Below are positions 1-10,789 of a stretch of 64,000 nt of DNA, one piece after another. Positions within the stretch are counted from its first letter, which is position 1. Each line of letters begins with the position of its first letter. A program made the position numbers and the translations under genes. The DNA lies in NCBI GenBank assembly GCA_013239625.1, contig MU054323.1, positions 4,132,214-4,196,213 on the forward strand, read 5' to 3'. This DNA is from Lama guanicoe (Eukaryota). The notes beneath the pieces were generated by a model. It was not told the DNA's origin. It did no database searches and saw only the letters and a list, made by a program, of their open reading frames with translations.

Positions 1-1478
1 TGTGTTTGAAGCCTGTGTCTAATCAATAACAGGACATCAAAACCCAAGAGAAATAGAAATGAATTAAGAAGTAAAAATTAAGAGAGTAACTGAAAATAGA
101 AGAGGTAAAAACAGATTAAAAAAAAACAAAAACAAAAACAAAAAACAAAAAAACAAAACAAAAAAAAACAAAAAAAAAAAAGGGGGGTTGTCGGTGTTCT
201 CCTGGAGTGTGTGTGCTTTTAATGTGATGTTCTCCTGTCTTCGTCCTGTTTTGGAAGCTCAGCTTGTTTTCATAGGCCCTCCGTTGGAGCTCTCTTTTGT
301 GCTGCTCCCAGCACCTGTCGGTAAGCAGATCGCGCCTCCTCCTAACACGGGGTCAGATGCAGCTCTCTTTTGCTGCGGGCGGGCGGGTCACTGCCCCTCC
401 GGATGCCGCAGTCAGATGTTGCAGACTGGACAGGCATGAAGCCCCCTCCCAGCACCTCGGGTCAGGGGTTGTGTTCCTGCCCGACAGGCGGGTGGCCGCT
501 CTCCCCCTGCCTGTGCTGCCGGTAGCTCTGCTGCTCTGTGCGGCTGCGCGCTCTGCGCAGGCGCTCCGCCCTGGCCGGCGCTCCGCCCTGGTCGGCGCTC
601 CGCTGCTGGGCTCGGGGAAGACCGAGGGGCAGCCTCGTCCCTGCTCCGAGCCAAGACCCAGCTGCTTGTTTGTCTTTGTGGAGCAAGTTCTCTGGGGGAC
701 CAGAATGGAAGGATCCTATCTGCCCCGGGCTGTAGGCCCGTCTCAGTCTGGCCCTTGAGGCTGCTAAGCCCTTCGGTGCGGACGCAGGTTTCGCCTCTGC
801 CCCCGCCTGGGTGCTCAGCGCCGGAGAATATGGCGGCTCTGCCTGGGCCCCGCCCCTCTTCCCCTGAAAAGTTTCCGCGGGTTTTCAGAGATGGGGGTAT
901 GCACCCTTCCCCCGAGAGCACATCAACCTTGCTGTTTTATGGAGGGCCCAGGTTGTTCTGTCCTGTACACCCACAGCCCCGGCGCCCAGCCCCTTGCAGT
1001 CCCCCGGAGCTGCCTCCGTGCAGCCGCCCCCGTCCTCCGCCCGGCTTGTGCAGCCTGGCCCTGCCCGCCGCTGCCGGCCCGCGTCTCAGGCTGGGTGTCG
1101 GGGGGACGCTCTGTGCCCGTTTAACTTAGTTCTGTCAGACAAGGGCTGCTCTGTACAGATCCGAGCCTTGGAGGCTCCCCCTCCGTCCCGCTGGCCTCTC
1201 AGTTGGAGAGGGGAGACCCAGCGAGCGAGCGCCAGTCCTCCTTTGCCGCTCCCTCCCCGCGGGACCCGTCCCACGCTGCTTTGCCTTTTGTTCTTTCTTT
1301 TTTCCTTTTCTCCTACCAGATTTTTGGCGTCTTTATCTTTTGAAGAGGGCGATGATCTGTTGGAGTTCCGCAGGTGCTCTGGTTGGCTGAGTGGGTCTGT
1401 AGATGTGGGTCTTGGTGTATTTGTGGGAGAGGGTGACTTACAAGCGTCCTTCTACTCCGCCATCTTGCCCGGAAGTCC
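1..1478 (-). mobile_element. Young LINE-1, 5' UTR/internal promoter (element continues beyond window start)
   Basis: Minus strand begins GGACTTCCGGGCAAGATGGCGGAGTAGAAGG, a typical laurasiatherian L1 5' end. About 1.3 kb of CpG-rich sequence follows, then a T-rich tract (A-rich on + at ~100-181) as seen in artiodactyl L1 5' UTRs. Retained CpGs imply recent insertion. Confidence 0.85.
1457..1476 (-). promoter_or_regulatory. YY1 site plus ETS/GABPA motif at the L1 transcription start
   Basis: CCGCCATCTTG (1457-1467; AAGATGGCG on minus = YY1 consensus) next to CCGGAAGT (1469-1476). YY1 is known to position L1 initiation. Confidence 0.7.
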
Positions 1479-1489
1479 GAGTGTTGTTT

Positions 1490-2470
1490 TTTTTAACACA
1501 GTGGGACAGTCTGTTTTTTAATTGGTATTATCAGACTATTTACATTTACATTTAATGTGGTTGTAGATGTGGTTAGGTTTAAGTCTGTCATCTTATTACC
1601 TGTTTTCTATTTGTCCCATCTATTCTTCCCTTTTTCTCCTTTCTTTCTGCCTTCTTTTAGGATTAATTCCATTTTACCTCCTTTGTTGGCTTTTTAGGTA
1701 TAACTCTGGGAGTTTTGTTAATTTAGTGGTTTCTTTGAAGTCTATAATTACATATGTAAACTTACCAGTTTACTTTCCAGTGGTATGTGGTAACTTCATG
1801 TACAGTATAAGAATCTTCCAGTTGTATGCTTTCATTTCTTGAACATTGTTTTCATACATTTTACTTATATGTTATAAACTCCATTATTTTTGTTTAAATT
1901 ACTATATTTAAAAAGCTGCAAATCACAACAAAAATCTTGTATATTTATACATGTAGTTATCATTTCCAGTGTAAATCCATATTTTTGTCTATTATTTTTA
2001 TTTTGCTTGAAGAAAATGACTTCTGCTTTCTTTAGCATTTCTTGCAGTGTGAGTTTGCTGGTGATGAATTCTTTCAAATTTTATATTATTGAAAAATTGT
2101 TTACTTCACCTCCATATTTGAAAGACACTTTTGCTGGATATATAATTCTAGGTTGACAGTTTCTTTTTCTTCAGTACTTAAACATATTGTTCCACTATTT
2201 TCATATTTGCAGTATTTCCAATGAGAAGTCTGCCATCACCATGATATTTATTTCTCTGTACTTAATGTATTTTCCTTCACATCCCTGGCTGTGTTTAAGA
2301 TTTCCTCTTTATCACTTATTTAGGGCAATTTGATAATATGTGCTATGGTGTAGTTTTCTTTTTTCTTTTTTGCTTGGAGTTAATTAAAATAGTTAGAGCT
2401 ATAGGTATATAGTTTTTATTATTTGGGAAGTTTCTGTTATTTCTTCACAGATTTTTTTTCTGTCCCTCCC
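1490..2470 (-). mobile_element. Old L1M fragment (ORF1 3' part and inter-ORF region)
   Basis: ORF 1865-2077(-) reads KEFITSKLTLQEMLK, like the L1 ORF1p C-terminus (EF.TSRP.LQEMLK). The + strand TTTTGCTGGATATATAATTCTAGGTTGACAG is typical antisense L1M ORF1. Confidence 0.8.
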
Positions 2471-2577
2471 TGAAGGACAGAGGTTGAGCTAAGCAATGGC
2501 TTGGGTAGAAATCTACCATTATTTTGTCTGACCCTTTAGTTCTGACCTTCTGGAATTAAATATTTTATAATTGGCAG

Positions 2578-2652
2578 ATAACTCACCAATATTACCAATT
2601 TCCAGTGCTCTTTGCACTTCCTTTCTTGTTATGAGATTTTGTGTACGTTTTG
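2578..2652 (+). pseudogene. Candidate pseudo-exon A
   Basis: ttttataattggcag|ATAAC...TTTTG|gtaagt: good acceptor and consensus donor, 75 nt. Protein match is weak and the frame ambiguous. Confidence 0.4.
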
Positions 2653-2780
2653 GTAAGTAGATGAAGAGTAGATGAATTAAGTGTTGCTGTCTGACTTACA
2701 TTTTAATGTTTGGTCATAACTTAGAAGTACATTTCTGTATTTTTTCCTGTGCTCTGATGATGTTTCAATTAAACTTCCAG

Positions 2781-3174
2781 TTGTTACTTTTGAACCTTAA
2801 TAACTCATCTTATGTAGAGCTAAATTTAGGCTAGACTAGATAAAGTTGGAGTAGATCTGCTCTCCATTGTATTCTGATACTATGAAATATGGTTTGCTTT
2901 TCTCTAATTTAAAATACCTGATTAAATCCCTTAAGTATCTATGCCTTTCAAGTTGTGTTAATAAAATTAAACAAAGTTCCAGTAAACATTATCCTATAAG
3001 CAATATGAATGGAGTATCAATTATTAAGGAATGGGACTTACTAATATGGATGTGATGATTTCTCATTAACACTAACAACTTCAGAGCTGTTTTTACATTA
3101 GATTAAAATAGTAATTTAGCTGCTTACTAAATGATTACATGCAGAGTGTTATGTAATCTGTTCACTAGGAGTTG
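2781..3174 (+). pseudogene. Candidate pseudo-exon B
   Basis: aaacttccag| ... GTTG|gtaaat. Non-repeat and contains ORF 2867-3055. 3' part QLQSCFYIRLK..LLNDYM only weakly resembles the CCDC162 FxSLQLEKVGLRDxM segment. Confidence 0.3.
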
Positions 3175-3287
3175 GTAAATGTTGCCAAGTACTAATGATT
3201 CATTTCCTTAATAACATGAGGGAGTGTGAGGCCATAAGTTTCAGTTAAGGAGGTTCTGTCAGGATTGGACTTGGCACTGGTACGGAG

Positions 3288-3450
3288 GCAGCACAGTGAG
3301 GTGGGAAGAACACAAGCATGTCTGCAGATCTAGATGTGGATTGTGGTAGGAACCATGGGGAACATCGCCTCTCTGAAAGCTCAGCTTTCTTTCTGTAAAA
3401 TGCTCTAACTTATATTGTAGGGCTATAATGATAATAATTATTATAATAAA
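3288..3450 (+). mobile_element. MIR SINE relic
   Basis: GCTCAGCTTTCTTTCTGTAAAATG core-like motif with a degenerate tRNA-derived head. Confidence 0.5.
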
Positions 3451-3697
3451 TAAATAATAGCTTACACATGTATATAGTACCTCCTTTTATTATTGTTAGG
3501 GGTTGAGCTAGAATGTATCTTGGCAGTGCTTTCTGATGTGTCTAAGATTGTTTTTTTTTCTCAAGAAAACACTACTTTGTAGGGAGGGACTGGGGAAAAA
3601 AATTAATGAGTATAGTCTTTGTTGCAAAATTTTTGAGGGGAAAAGGAGGCAGCCTTATATTATGGTTGATTTTTAAACTTTCTATTACTTGTTTCGG

Positions 3698-3921
3698 TGA
3701 TAAAGAAATCCTAAGGAAAAACTTAGAAATAAAAGTCCTAACCAATAGTTTTGTATAAATATAGTATGGAAACTGAGAACATCTTGTTTTGTTGTTAAAT
3801 GTGTCTTAAACAAGGGAACAGAGTTTTCACAAATAGTATCAGAATAAGAAATGGACTTGATTTTCTTTTTGGATCCAATGGCTACATATTTCTTTAACAT
3901 AAGAAAAGTCAGTGGACCCAG
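3698..3921 (+). pseudogene. Pseudo-exon C
   Basis: Frame from 3704: RNPKEKLRNKSPNQ*FCINIVWKLRTSCFVVKCVLNKGTEFSQIVSE*EMDLIFFLDPMATYFFNIRKVSGP. Ends CCC AG|gttagg (phase 2), matching the phase-2 start of exon D. Acceptor is degenerate. Confidence 0.5.
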
Positions 3922-4284
3922 GTTAGGTAATTTGTGTTCAGAAATTAATAGAGGATGGTGGAGATAATCTGTAATCAGAATGTAGGAGAATTGGTTTCAG
4001 ATAGTCTTTTTTTTTTTTTTAAACCAGATTAACAACAAAACCCAACAACAAGAGCTAGATGAGAGTGACTGCAGTCTGGGATAGAGGGTGCAAGTAGAAT
4101 GACTCAGAAAAAAATATTGGTTTGAAAGGTAATAAATGAGAAATCTATTTTTCGGAGGAGGCCCCTAATCTTTGTTGCTAAGACTGTCAATTTTTGCTTT
4201 GGTGCTAAAAGCAATAGTCTATACAGTAGTAACACTATTTTGCACACTAATTTTTTTGTGTCTAGTAGGCATTGAATTCTTTCT

Positions 4285-4860
4285 TTTAATGAATATTCAT
4301 TGGATACCTATTATGAGTTAGGAACTAAAGATACCACAGTATATAGACAGACAAAAATCTGTGCCCTGATGGAGCTTGTTACAGTAAGGGAAGGTAGATA
4401 ATAAACAAATTAAGAAAGTATTTACTATGATGAAAGATAACAAATTATATGGGGGAAGGTGAAGCAGAAGAGGGGAATAGGGTTTGTGTGTTGGCCAGGG
4501 GTACTCACCGAGAAGGTCATATTTGAGCAAACACCTGAGAGGTCTGTGAGTTAGTCGTGGTGAGTGTCTAGAGTAGGAGTAGTCTATGGATCAGCAATAG
4601 AAAGACTTTGCATGGGCTTTTGAGTGGCTTCTTCTATTTAAAGAACAGCAAGAAGGCCAGTGTTCTTGGAACACTTAGTAAAGGGAGAGGAAGAGATGTC
4701 AGAGATTGTGGGGTCCAGATCATAAAGGCCTTTTAAACAGGAAGCCAAGGCAGGGCTTTGAGAGAGAGCTGATATGATCTGACCTATTGATAAGGGTTTG
4801 CTGTGGCTTCCATACCGCAAGTGGAATGTAAGGGGCTAGAGAGGAAACACGAAGGCCAAT
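4285..4860 (-). mobile_element. L2 LINE 3' fragment
   Basis: Antisense L2 3' end pattern: ...ATACCTATTATGAG...AGACAGACAAAAATCTGTGCCCTGATGGAGCTT...GGCCAGTGTTCTTGGA...GGGGTCCAGATCATAAAGGCCTTT. Confidence 0.7.
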
Positions 4861-4923
4861 AATCCTTTCAGTGGAACTAAGTTAGCGGATTGCTCACTTG
4901 CTTCCTTATCTGTACTGTGGCAG

Positions 4924-5009
4924 GGAGAAGTTTAGTAGTGAATACCCATTAAACCTCTGAGATTGGAAGGGTTGGCTTCCTCGAGGGAAATGCAGTTTCC
5001 TTTTGGCAG
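4924..5009 (+). pseudogene. Pseudo-exon D
   Basis: ctgtactgtggcag|G GAG AAG ... GCA G|gtaagg, 86 nt. Reads EKFSSEYPLNL*DWKGWLPRGKCSFLLA; LNL* (TGA, possibly from TGG) resembles the CCDC162 LNLW motif. Confidence 0.5.
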
Positions 5010-5183
5010 GTAAGGAAATATTCCTAGGTGATGCAGATGTGTCCTTTCTCCTATTAGTGGTGACTTGGTGACAGGAAAGTGAACTTGCTGGCTCGGGCCC
5101 ACCTGGATGCTTCAGATCTATTTCTGGAATGCAGGTTGTATGTGGTACGTGTGGAGCTTCTTCCTTTTATTCTGACTTGAAAG

Positions 5184-5702
5184 TTCCTAATTGGGTTGAG
5201 TTCAGATTCTGTGTCATGGTACTGTTTTGCTGAGAGAAGCTAATAAAGAAGGAACCTATGTATTCTTATGTGTAGGACAAATGGAGTATAGTAATTAGGC
5301 AGGATTGTCCCTTCACAGGAAAAAGGCCTTAAGCAGCTCAGGCAAACACCAAACAAAAACCTGGCCTATGCATACAGATGGAGATACCTGGTGAAATCCT
5401 AGAAAATGTGTTCACATTTTATTCTCCAGCAGTGATATTCTTTTCACAAAGCATTCCACACTGTGATAGCTGTATCATTAGCCTGATAATCTCAAGTTAA
5501 TTCTCTATTGCTTCTTACATGGTTTGCTGTGTAGTATTGGTTTAAAGCAGAGGGCTGAAAAGCTTAAAGAAATTGGTCTAAGAAATTGCAGGTTTAGGTG
5601 GTGGGAAATGAAAATAGACTACCTTTAGAAAAGAAGTGTAGTTAAATCCAAATGGAGCAAATGTCTTTGGATAAATGGGTGTTTGCATTTGTTTAGTAGA
5701 TG
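5184..5702 (+). pseudogene. Pseudo-exon E
   Basis: VQILCHGTVLLREANKEGTYVFLCVGQ...KHQTKTWPMHTDG, then after a frameshift GEILENVFTFYSP...IISS*FSIASYMVCC. Resembles recalled CCDC162 QIxAY...TFFMxGQ...LLSADGKVxLNLWFIPHP...VSSLHDIVAYIFS. Donor GATG|gtgagt at 5702. Confidence 0.6.
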
Positions 5703-5854
5703 GTGAGTAATTTCCATGTGTCCCACACTGTGTTAAGTGTGAGGGGTGGGCGACACAGAGCCTGCCCCAGAGATGCTAATGTCTGTCTCTCCGTTTTGAT
5801 ATACTATAGCTTCTTTAATCATTCTGCACTATTGAGCATTTTGTTGGTGTATTA

Positions 5855-6195
5855 TTTATCATAATACTAGTCATTGTAATAAGTGAAACACAAAATTTCG
5901 GTGGCTTATTACAATAAAATTTAATTTTTTGCTCACGTGAAGGTCCAGTGCAAATGTTCACGGTTTCTAGGTGGTTTTCTTCCATGTGGTAATTCGGGAA
6001 CCCAGGCTCTTTCCATCTGAGGCTCTGTCATCCCCTAAAGTCTGAGAGTATTCTGCATTTAATCAGCAGACAGAGAAAGAAAGAGTGGAGAAGAATATAT
6101 AGATTCTGCACGGGCAGCCAGGTGTCAGCTGTAACACTTTTCTGAGGAGAGAAGGCACTCATCTTTAGTGAATAGGTAGCTGATCTTGCTACGTA
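5855..6195 (-). mobile_element. Old MaLR LTR (MLT1-type) relic
   Basis: AAAATTTCGGTGGCTTATTACAATAAAATTTAATTTTTGCTCACG...AATTCGGGAACCCAGGCTCTTTCCATCT, typical antisense old MLT1. Confidence 0.55.
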
Positions 6196-6383
6196 TGATT
6201 TCCTATTTTTGTCAGTTGCCGATAGCAGTACTTTTGAATAGCTTTGAACAAATGATTTTCTTTTCTATTTGAGGTTAATTTATTTGGGATATATTTCTAG
6301 AAGTGAGAGTACTGGATGTAAGTTTTAATTATAAAATAACAGTGAAGTATGTTTTATTTAATAAATGCATTAAAATTCTAATC

Positions 6384-6600
6384 TATATACTGGTAAAATT
6401 ATTGGATATGAAGCAACTCTAATTCATTATTAGTTAGGCTTGACTGGAGGATATTTTTGCTATCCTGTGTTCAGAATAATGAATGCTATAAGAACACCAA
6501 ATATATTTATATTGTTATATTTAGCTAAGGGAAACTCTGTTGTTATTATATTTTATTCTACACAAAACATGTGTTAACTAATTTAACAAAACAGATACAT
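6384..6600 (+). pseudogene. Pseudo-exon F
   Basis: YILVKLLDMKQL*FI, then a 7-nt insertion (ATTAGTT, 6429-6435), then RLDWRIFLL...LFYTKHVLTNLTKQIH. Resembles LLRSFLILWKQLEVLKEHWGRLKL...ELYETDVLYPSMKAIAR. Confidence 0.6.
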
Positions 6601-6695
6601 GTACTATTAGACTAATTACTTGGACAATACATGTGATTTGAAAGAAAATTAAAACATATGTCTAATAGTAGTCACATTCTTTTATTTATTAATAG

Positions 6696-6803
6696 ATAGG
6701 GGAAAAAAAAAGATGATTTCAAGCTTCTTAGTTTAGAAAAAATTCACCCCAAAGCAGGGCATGCTCTTTCTGTACACACATTGGAAGTTGCTACTTTTAA
6801 AAG
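6696..6803 (+). pseudogene. Pseudo-exon G
   Basis: ttttatttattaatag|A TAG GGG AAA... reads *GKKKDDFKLLSLEKIHPKAGHALSVHTLEVATFK, ending AG|gtaatc (phase 2). Resembles MGKEDEF...SEVEIK. Confidence 0.6.
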
Positions 6804-6860
6804 GTAATCATTTTTATAACTTTAGATGAAACAAGATATGTAAGTGAAATTAAGCAGGTC

Positions 6861-6900
<40 letters not shown>
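6861..6900 (+). repeat. (CTAT)10 tetranucleotide microsatellite
   Basis: Perfect CTAT x10, inside the 108-nt intron between pseudo-exons G and H. Confidence 0.95.
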
Positions 6901-6911
6901 TTTTTTTTAAG

Positions 6912-7165
6912 GATCTCCAGCACAATTGAACTAAGACTGGTGCTGGATATATTTTGTGTGAACTAAAATAATAAAACAAAAAAGTTCATCACTCTACAGT
7001 GAAAACTAATAGGTTTACATAAGAAACAATGGTGTAGAAAAAATTGCTACCATATTTTTTCTTGGAAAAATCCCCTAAACATCCCAAATATCTAAGGAAC
7101 TCATTCCAATTTGTACAGTTCTTTCCCTACCTTCAGCTGTATGCTGCATCAACTGCAAGTGAAAA
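6912..7165 (+). pseudogene. Pseudo-exon H
   Basis: ttttttttaag|G ATC TCC (phase 2, matches exon G). Reads ISSTIELRLVLDIFCVN*...GLHKKQWCRKN...HSNLYSSFPTFSCMLHQLQV, in frame with ORF 7111. Resembles LLENCEIQMIQEVLRKVN...DLWKHQVMKEN...RSNFETYSMCYEHVLHH. 3' end approximate. Confidence 0.6.
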
Positions 7166-7909
7166 GTAAATGGGAAAATGTTCTCATTTGCTATTTACAA
7201 AATGTTACTGTTGAATTAGAAAACCCCAAAGTTAGTAGGACCCAGAGAACCCAGAGACACTCTGGACTTACTAGGGATGTGGTAGAGCCGTACTTTCTGA
7301 AGATGTTCCCACCACCCAGTCAAGTGCCTGGTTCGCATTGTTTTACCTGTGAACTGTTAGACCTCAGTCCTGTCTGCCTGTGGTGTCTGCAGGGTTCCTG
7401 ACGGCTGTCACAAGGCATTCAAGAATCCATCATTGCTGCTTTCTGCATGATCTGACATGGTGCATGTTGTAGTTGAGCCCTGCTACGCTCCTCTCTCTGT
7501 GCCCAGGCTTGCTGCCCGTCTGTGGAGATTGCCTGGTCTGGGACCACCACTCCACTTAGGTCTTTGTCTGTGGCTTCCTTATACTTACTCATTTATTTTT
7601 TTCCCTCAAGTAACTCTTTTTAAAAGTACACTATTTCTCGGCTTCTTGAATACAGTATTCTTTTAAGTTATATTGTCTTTTTGTATATATTATATAGTTT
7701 TATTTTGTTTTGTACACTCATTCTTATACATTATTTTTTAGGTCTCACATTTGCTCATACCCAGATTGAATATGATTTTTCCTTGTTCTCACTGCCTACT
7801 TGTTTTCTTTAAAACAGTTTTATTTTATTAGTTTCTTTTCAAAATTGAAAAATTAATAGATACATATTGTAAAAAATTAAAGCAGAACAGGAAGCTATAC
7901 AATGCAAGT

Positions 7910-8145
7910 GTCAAAGTAAGAACATGGGATTTGAAGTAATCCATACCTGATTGATGCCCAAGTCCACTATTTATTAGCTGCATAAGCCTGAGAAAATTAC
8001 TTACACTTTCTGAATCTTAGTTTATCAATCTGTAAAATGAGGATTAAAAAAAATCCATTTTGTAACATATTGTGAGGATTAATGTTAAAGTAATATAAGA
8101 AAGTGTTTCATAAGTGGTAAATTGCTATATGCTAATTATTATTAA
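7910..8145 (+). mobile_element. MIR SINE
   Basis: TTACTTACACTTTCTGAATCTTAGTTTATCAATCTGTAAAATGAGGATT...TTGTGAGGATTAA, MIR core. Confidence 0.75.
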
Positions 8146-8231
8146 TTGTCATTAATGGAAAAAATTTTAGCACTTTGTCTTGCCATATTTTGGGGTGCCG
8201 AGTGGGGAGATGGTTTCAATTACTTAAGTAC

Positions 8232-8256
8232 TATGTATGTATGTATGTATGTATGT
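8232..8256 (+). repeat. (TATG)6 microsatellite
   Basis: Direct reading. Confidence 0.9.
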
Positions 8257-8884
8257 GTATATTTATTTGTTAAATTTTAAGTTATAATGTTTCTGGGAAC
8301 CATGGAAAGCTTGAACATGTGGTTGGAGAGAAAACCTTGGACTTGGCTGCTAGTTGCCCTCCAAAGAGATGGCACAGATTTGCTTCCCTACTACCAGTCT
8401 GTGAGAGCACATTTCTCTTAGACTTGCAAAATTTATTTCCCATCAAGATTTTTGATTTTTTTCCAAAATTATTTATTTAAAATTCTTTTTAAAATTATCA
8501 TTTATTTAATTATGGCTGAAGTTGAATTTTTTAAAGCATCCGTTATCCATTTTTTCTATGAAATCTTTTACGCACTTGCTCATTTTTCTATTGGAGCTTT
8601 GGTCTTTTTATAAGTAGACTTTATTTTCTGTTTTATGGAAATTAAGATTTTACTATATATGTTGCAGATATTTGTTTTCAGTTTGCTATTTTCTTATTAT
8701 TTTGCTTATATTTTCTATGTTCAATTTTTAAATATTTATATGTAGTTATATTTTTTGATTTTTTTTCCGTTGTGATTTCCAGAATTTTGGTTTTATTTGC
8801 TCCAAGATGTTTTCTTCTTGTTTTACAATACAGCTTTTTCTTTTTTTTTTTAAAGCTTTACTCTCCATTTTCCTTGTTTTGATA

Positions 8885-9008
8885 ATCCAGTATAGTTATG
8901 TAAGATGTCACCACTGGAGGGAGCCAGGTGGTGGGTGGAGGGGGATCTTCTCTCTGATTTTTGCAACTTGTGAGTCTATAATTATCTCAAAATAAAAATT
9001 AGAAAAAC
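8885..9008 (+). mobile_element. L1MC/L1MD-type 3' terminal fragment
   Basis: TTTTTGCAACTTGTGAGTCTATAATTATCTCAAAATAAAAATT, a characteristic old L1M 3' end. Confidence 0.65.
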
Positions 9009-9214
9009 AATAAAGTGAAAGATAAAAATCACCCTATTTCAGAATTGCTGCATAGGAAAATTTGGTAGCCCTTAACTGTACTAAGTGCTCAAAGACAGTT
9101 TTTACACTTTAACTGCCAGTGTGATCTGTTGGATTTTCTAATAGTGTGATCTGAGATAGTGTGATCAAAACAGAAAAGAGCAACCACTCTGCACCAGGGT
9201 AATACGAATAGTAA

Positions 9215-9420
9215 TTTCCTCATTCATATAATGCTTTACAACTTCCAAAGCGCCTTTACATAAATATTGTCATGTAATTCTCTTAACCATCCTGTGGAGA
9301 TAGGTGTATAGTTTCTGCTGTATATATGGAAACAAACTCACAGAAGTTAAGTGACTTGTGTAAGGTTACATGATTCCCAAGTGATAAAATTGGGACCATC
9401 TTCCAGGCTGGTGCTGCTTC
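9215..9420 (-). mobile_element. MIR SINE
   Basis: GGAAACAAACTCACAGAAGTTAAGTGACTTGTGTAAGGTTACA, antisense MIR core. Confidence 0.7.
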
Positions 9421-10404
9421 TAATAAACCAAAGCAGCCTTTGGACTTCCGTGACTCTCTTTCAGAGCAGAAGAGGACTCTACCTCTAGTGCAAGGCATAG
9501 CCGGCTGGCCTGATAGCAGCTGTGTGAGTTTTGCTGAGCGGAGAGCCTGTTGGAAGTGGAGAGTGTGGGGGAAGTGGTTGTTGATGGTTCAAAGGGGAAG
9601 ATGAACATGGTCAAAGGGGCACAATTGCTATACTCATATAGCTGCCATTATTAATGTTAATAAACTACTAAAAATAATTGGAATATTAAATGTGTCTCAA
9701 TATCATGCTTAACTTTTAGCTTATATTATTTTATGTATGCTATATAATTCATTTTAATTTTCATTTTGTAGTTGAGGAATACCAAGCTTAGAAATATTAA
9801 GTAATATGCCCAAAATCATGGCTGGAGAATGTCTCAACTCAGATTGGAACCCTGGGCTACCTGATTCTAATTAGTCTGGGGAGCAGAGAATGAGTGAAGT
9901 AGGATTAAGTAAATGTACACATCCTTTTGTTGCTTCCTTTCCAGGAAACTCAGCTACTCCGTTTTTAGTAATTTGCATGTGCTACATGGTGATATAAAGA
10001 CACTTTTCTTGGTGGTTATCACCTTCTCTCCAGTAAGACACAAAGCTACTAGTACTGTGTCAGTTTTTCTCTTTTCTTTCTTTGCCTTCCTTCCCTCTCT
10101 AGGGTCTGGCAGCAGGCCGTGCACATAGTAAACACTGCTGTGGATTGCCTTTGGGCTTACATACTTAGAACCGGGACAATAGGTGATCTAATGCTGGAAC
10201 GTATTTTAGAAAGCCTTGTTTCCTTACCCGCAGCCTCCTGTCCTTCCCGTTTTTATAGATGGTGATCATACTTGAATGGAATCAGAGATCAGATTGGAGA
10301 GATTCCAAGCCTGCCGTTCCATAGTTCAGTGATCTCTCCCTATGTAAGAATTGTAAGTCCTTGGAGGGTAGGGACTCCTGTAAAATAATTCACTCAGATT
10401 CAAC

Positions 10405-10610
10405 AGGCATTTGCTGATAAGCATTACTATGTACTCAACACAGTGCTAGTAAGCTCTTTATATCTGTAATCCTTGCAGCAGTCCTGCAAGGTGGAGGTGC
10501 TATTTTCATTTTGCACAGGAGGAACGTCTGAGTTCAATTGAGTGTCCCAAGGTTACATCCCTTGTCACTGAGAAGCACATGATTTTAACTCAGAGCTCTC
10601 TGGTCTTAAA
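10405..10610 (-). mobile_element. MIR SINE
   Basis: TATTTTCATTTTGCACAGGAGGAAC...CCCAAGGTTACA, antisense MIR. Confidence 0.6.
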
Positions 10611-10789
10611 TATATCGCCCTTCATAGAGCTGGTGGGTGAACTGATAGATGCACAGGTATACTTTTGCATACATTTTGATATTTGGGGATTTTACTTTTC
10701 TGAAACTTGATTATCTGTGCTGCACAAACATTGATGGAGGACATTCTTCTCAGGATTTTTTTTTCCAGCTACCTAGCTGATTGTCCATT

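Noticed and set aside
188..1521. Overlapping 60-175 aa ORFs on both strands
   Set aside because: They lie in the GC-rich L1 5' UTR where stops are rare. They are Pro/Ala/Arg low-complexity with mostly non-ATG starts, and I have no evidence for an ORF0-like product.
4822..4832. TGGAATGTAAG resembling the 5' end of miR-206/miR-1
   Set aside because: The match stops after 11 nt, lies in an L2 relic, and has no hairpin partner.
7111..7401. 96-aa ORF as a stand-alone gene
   Set aside because: TTG start. The first ~18 codons are better explained as the tail of pseudo-exon H, and the VELENPK stretch resembles a tiny L1 ORF2 relic (YLENPK).
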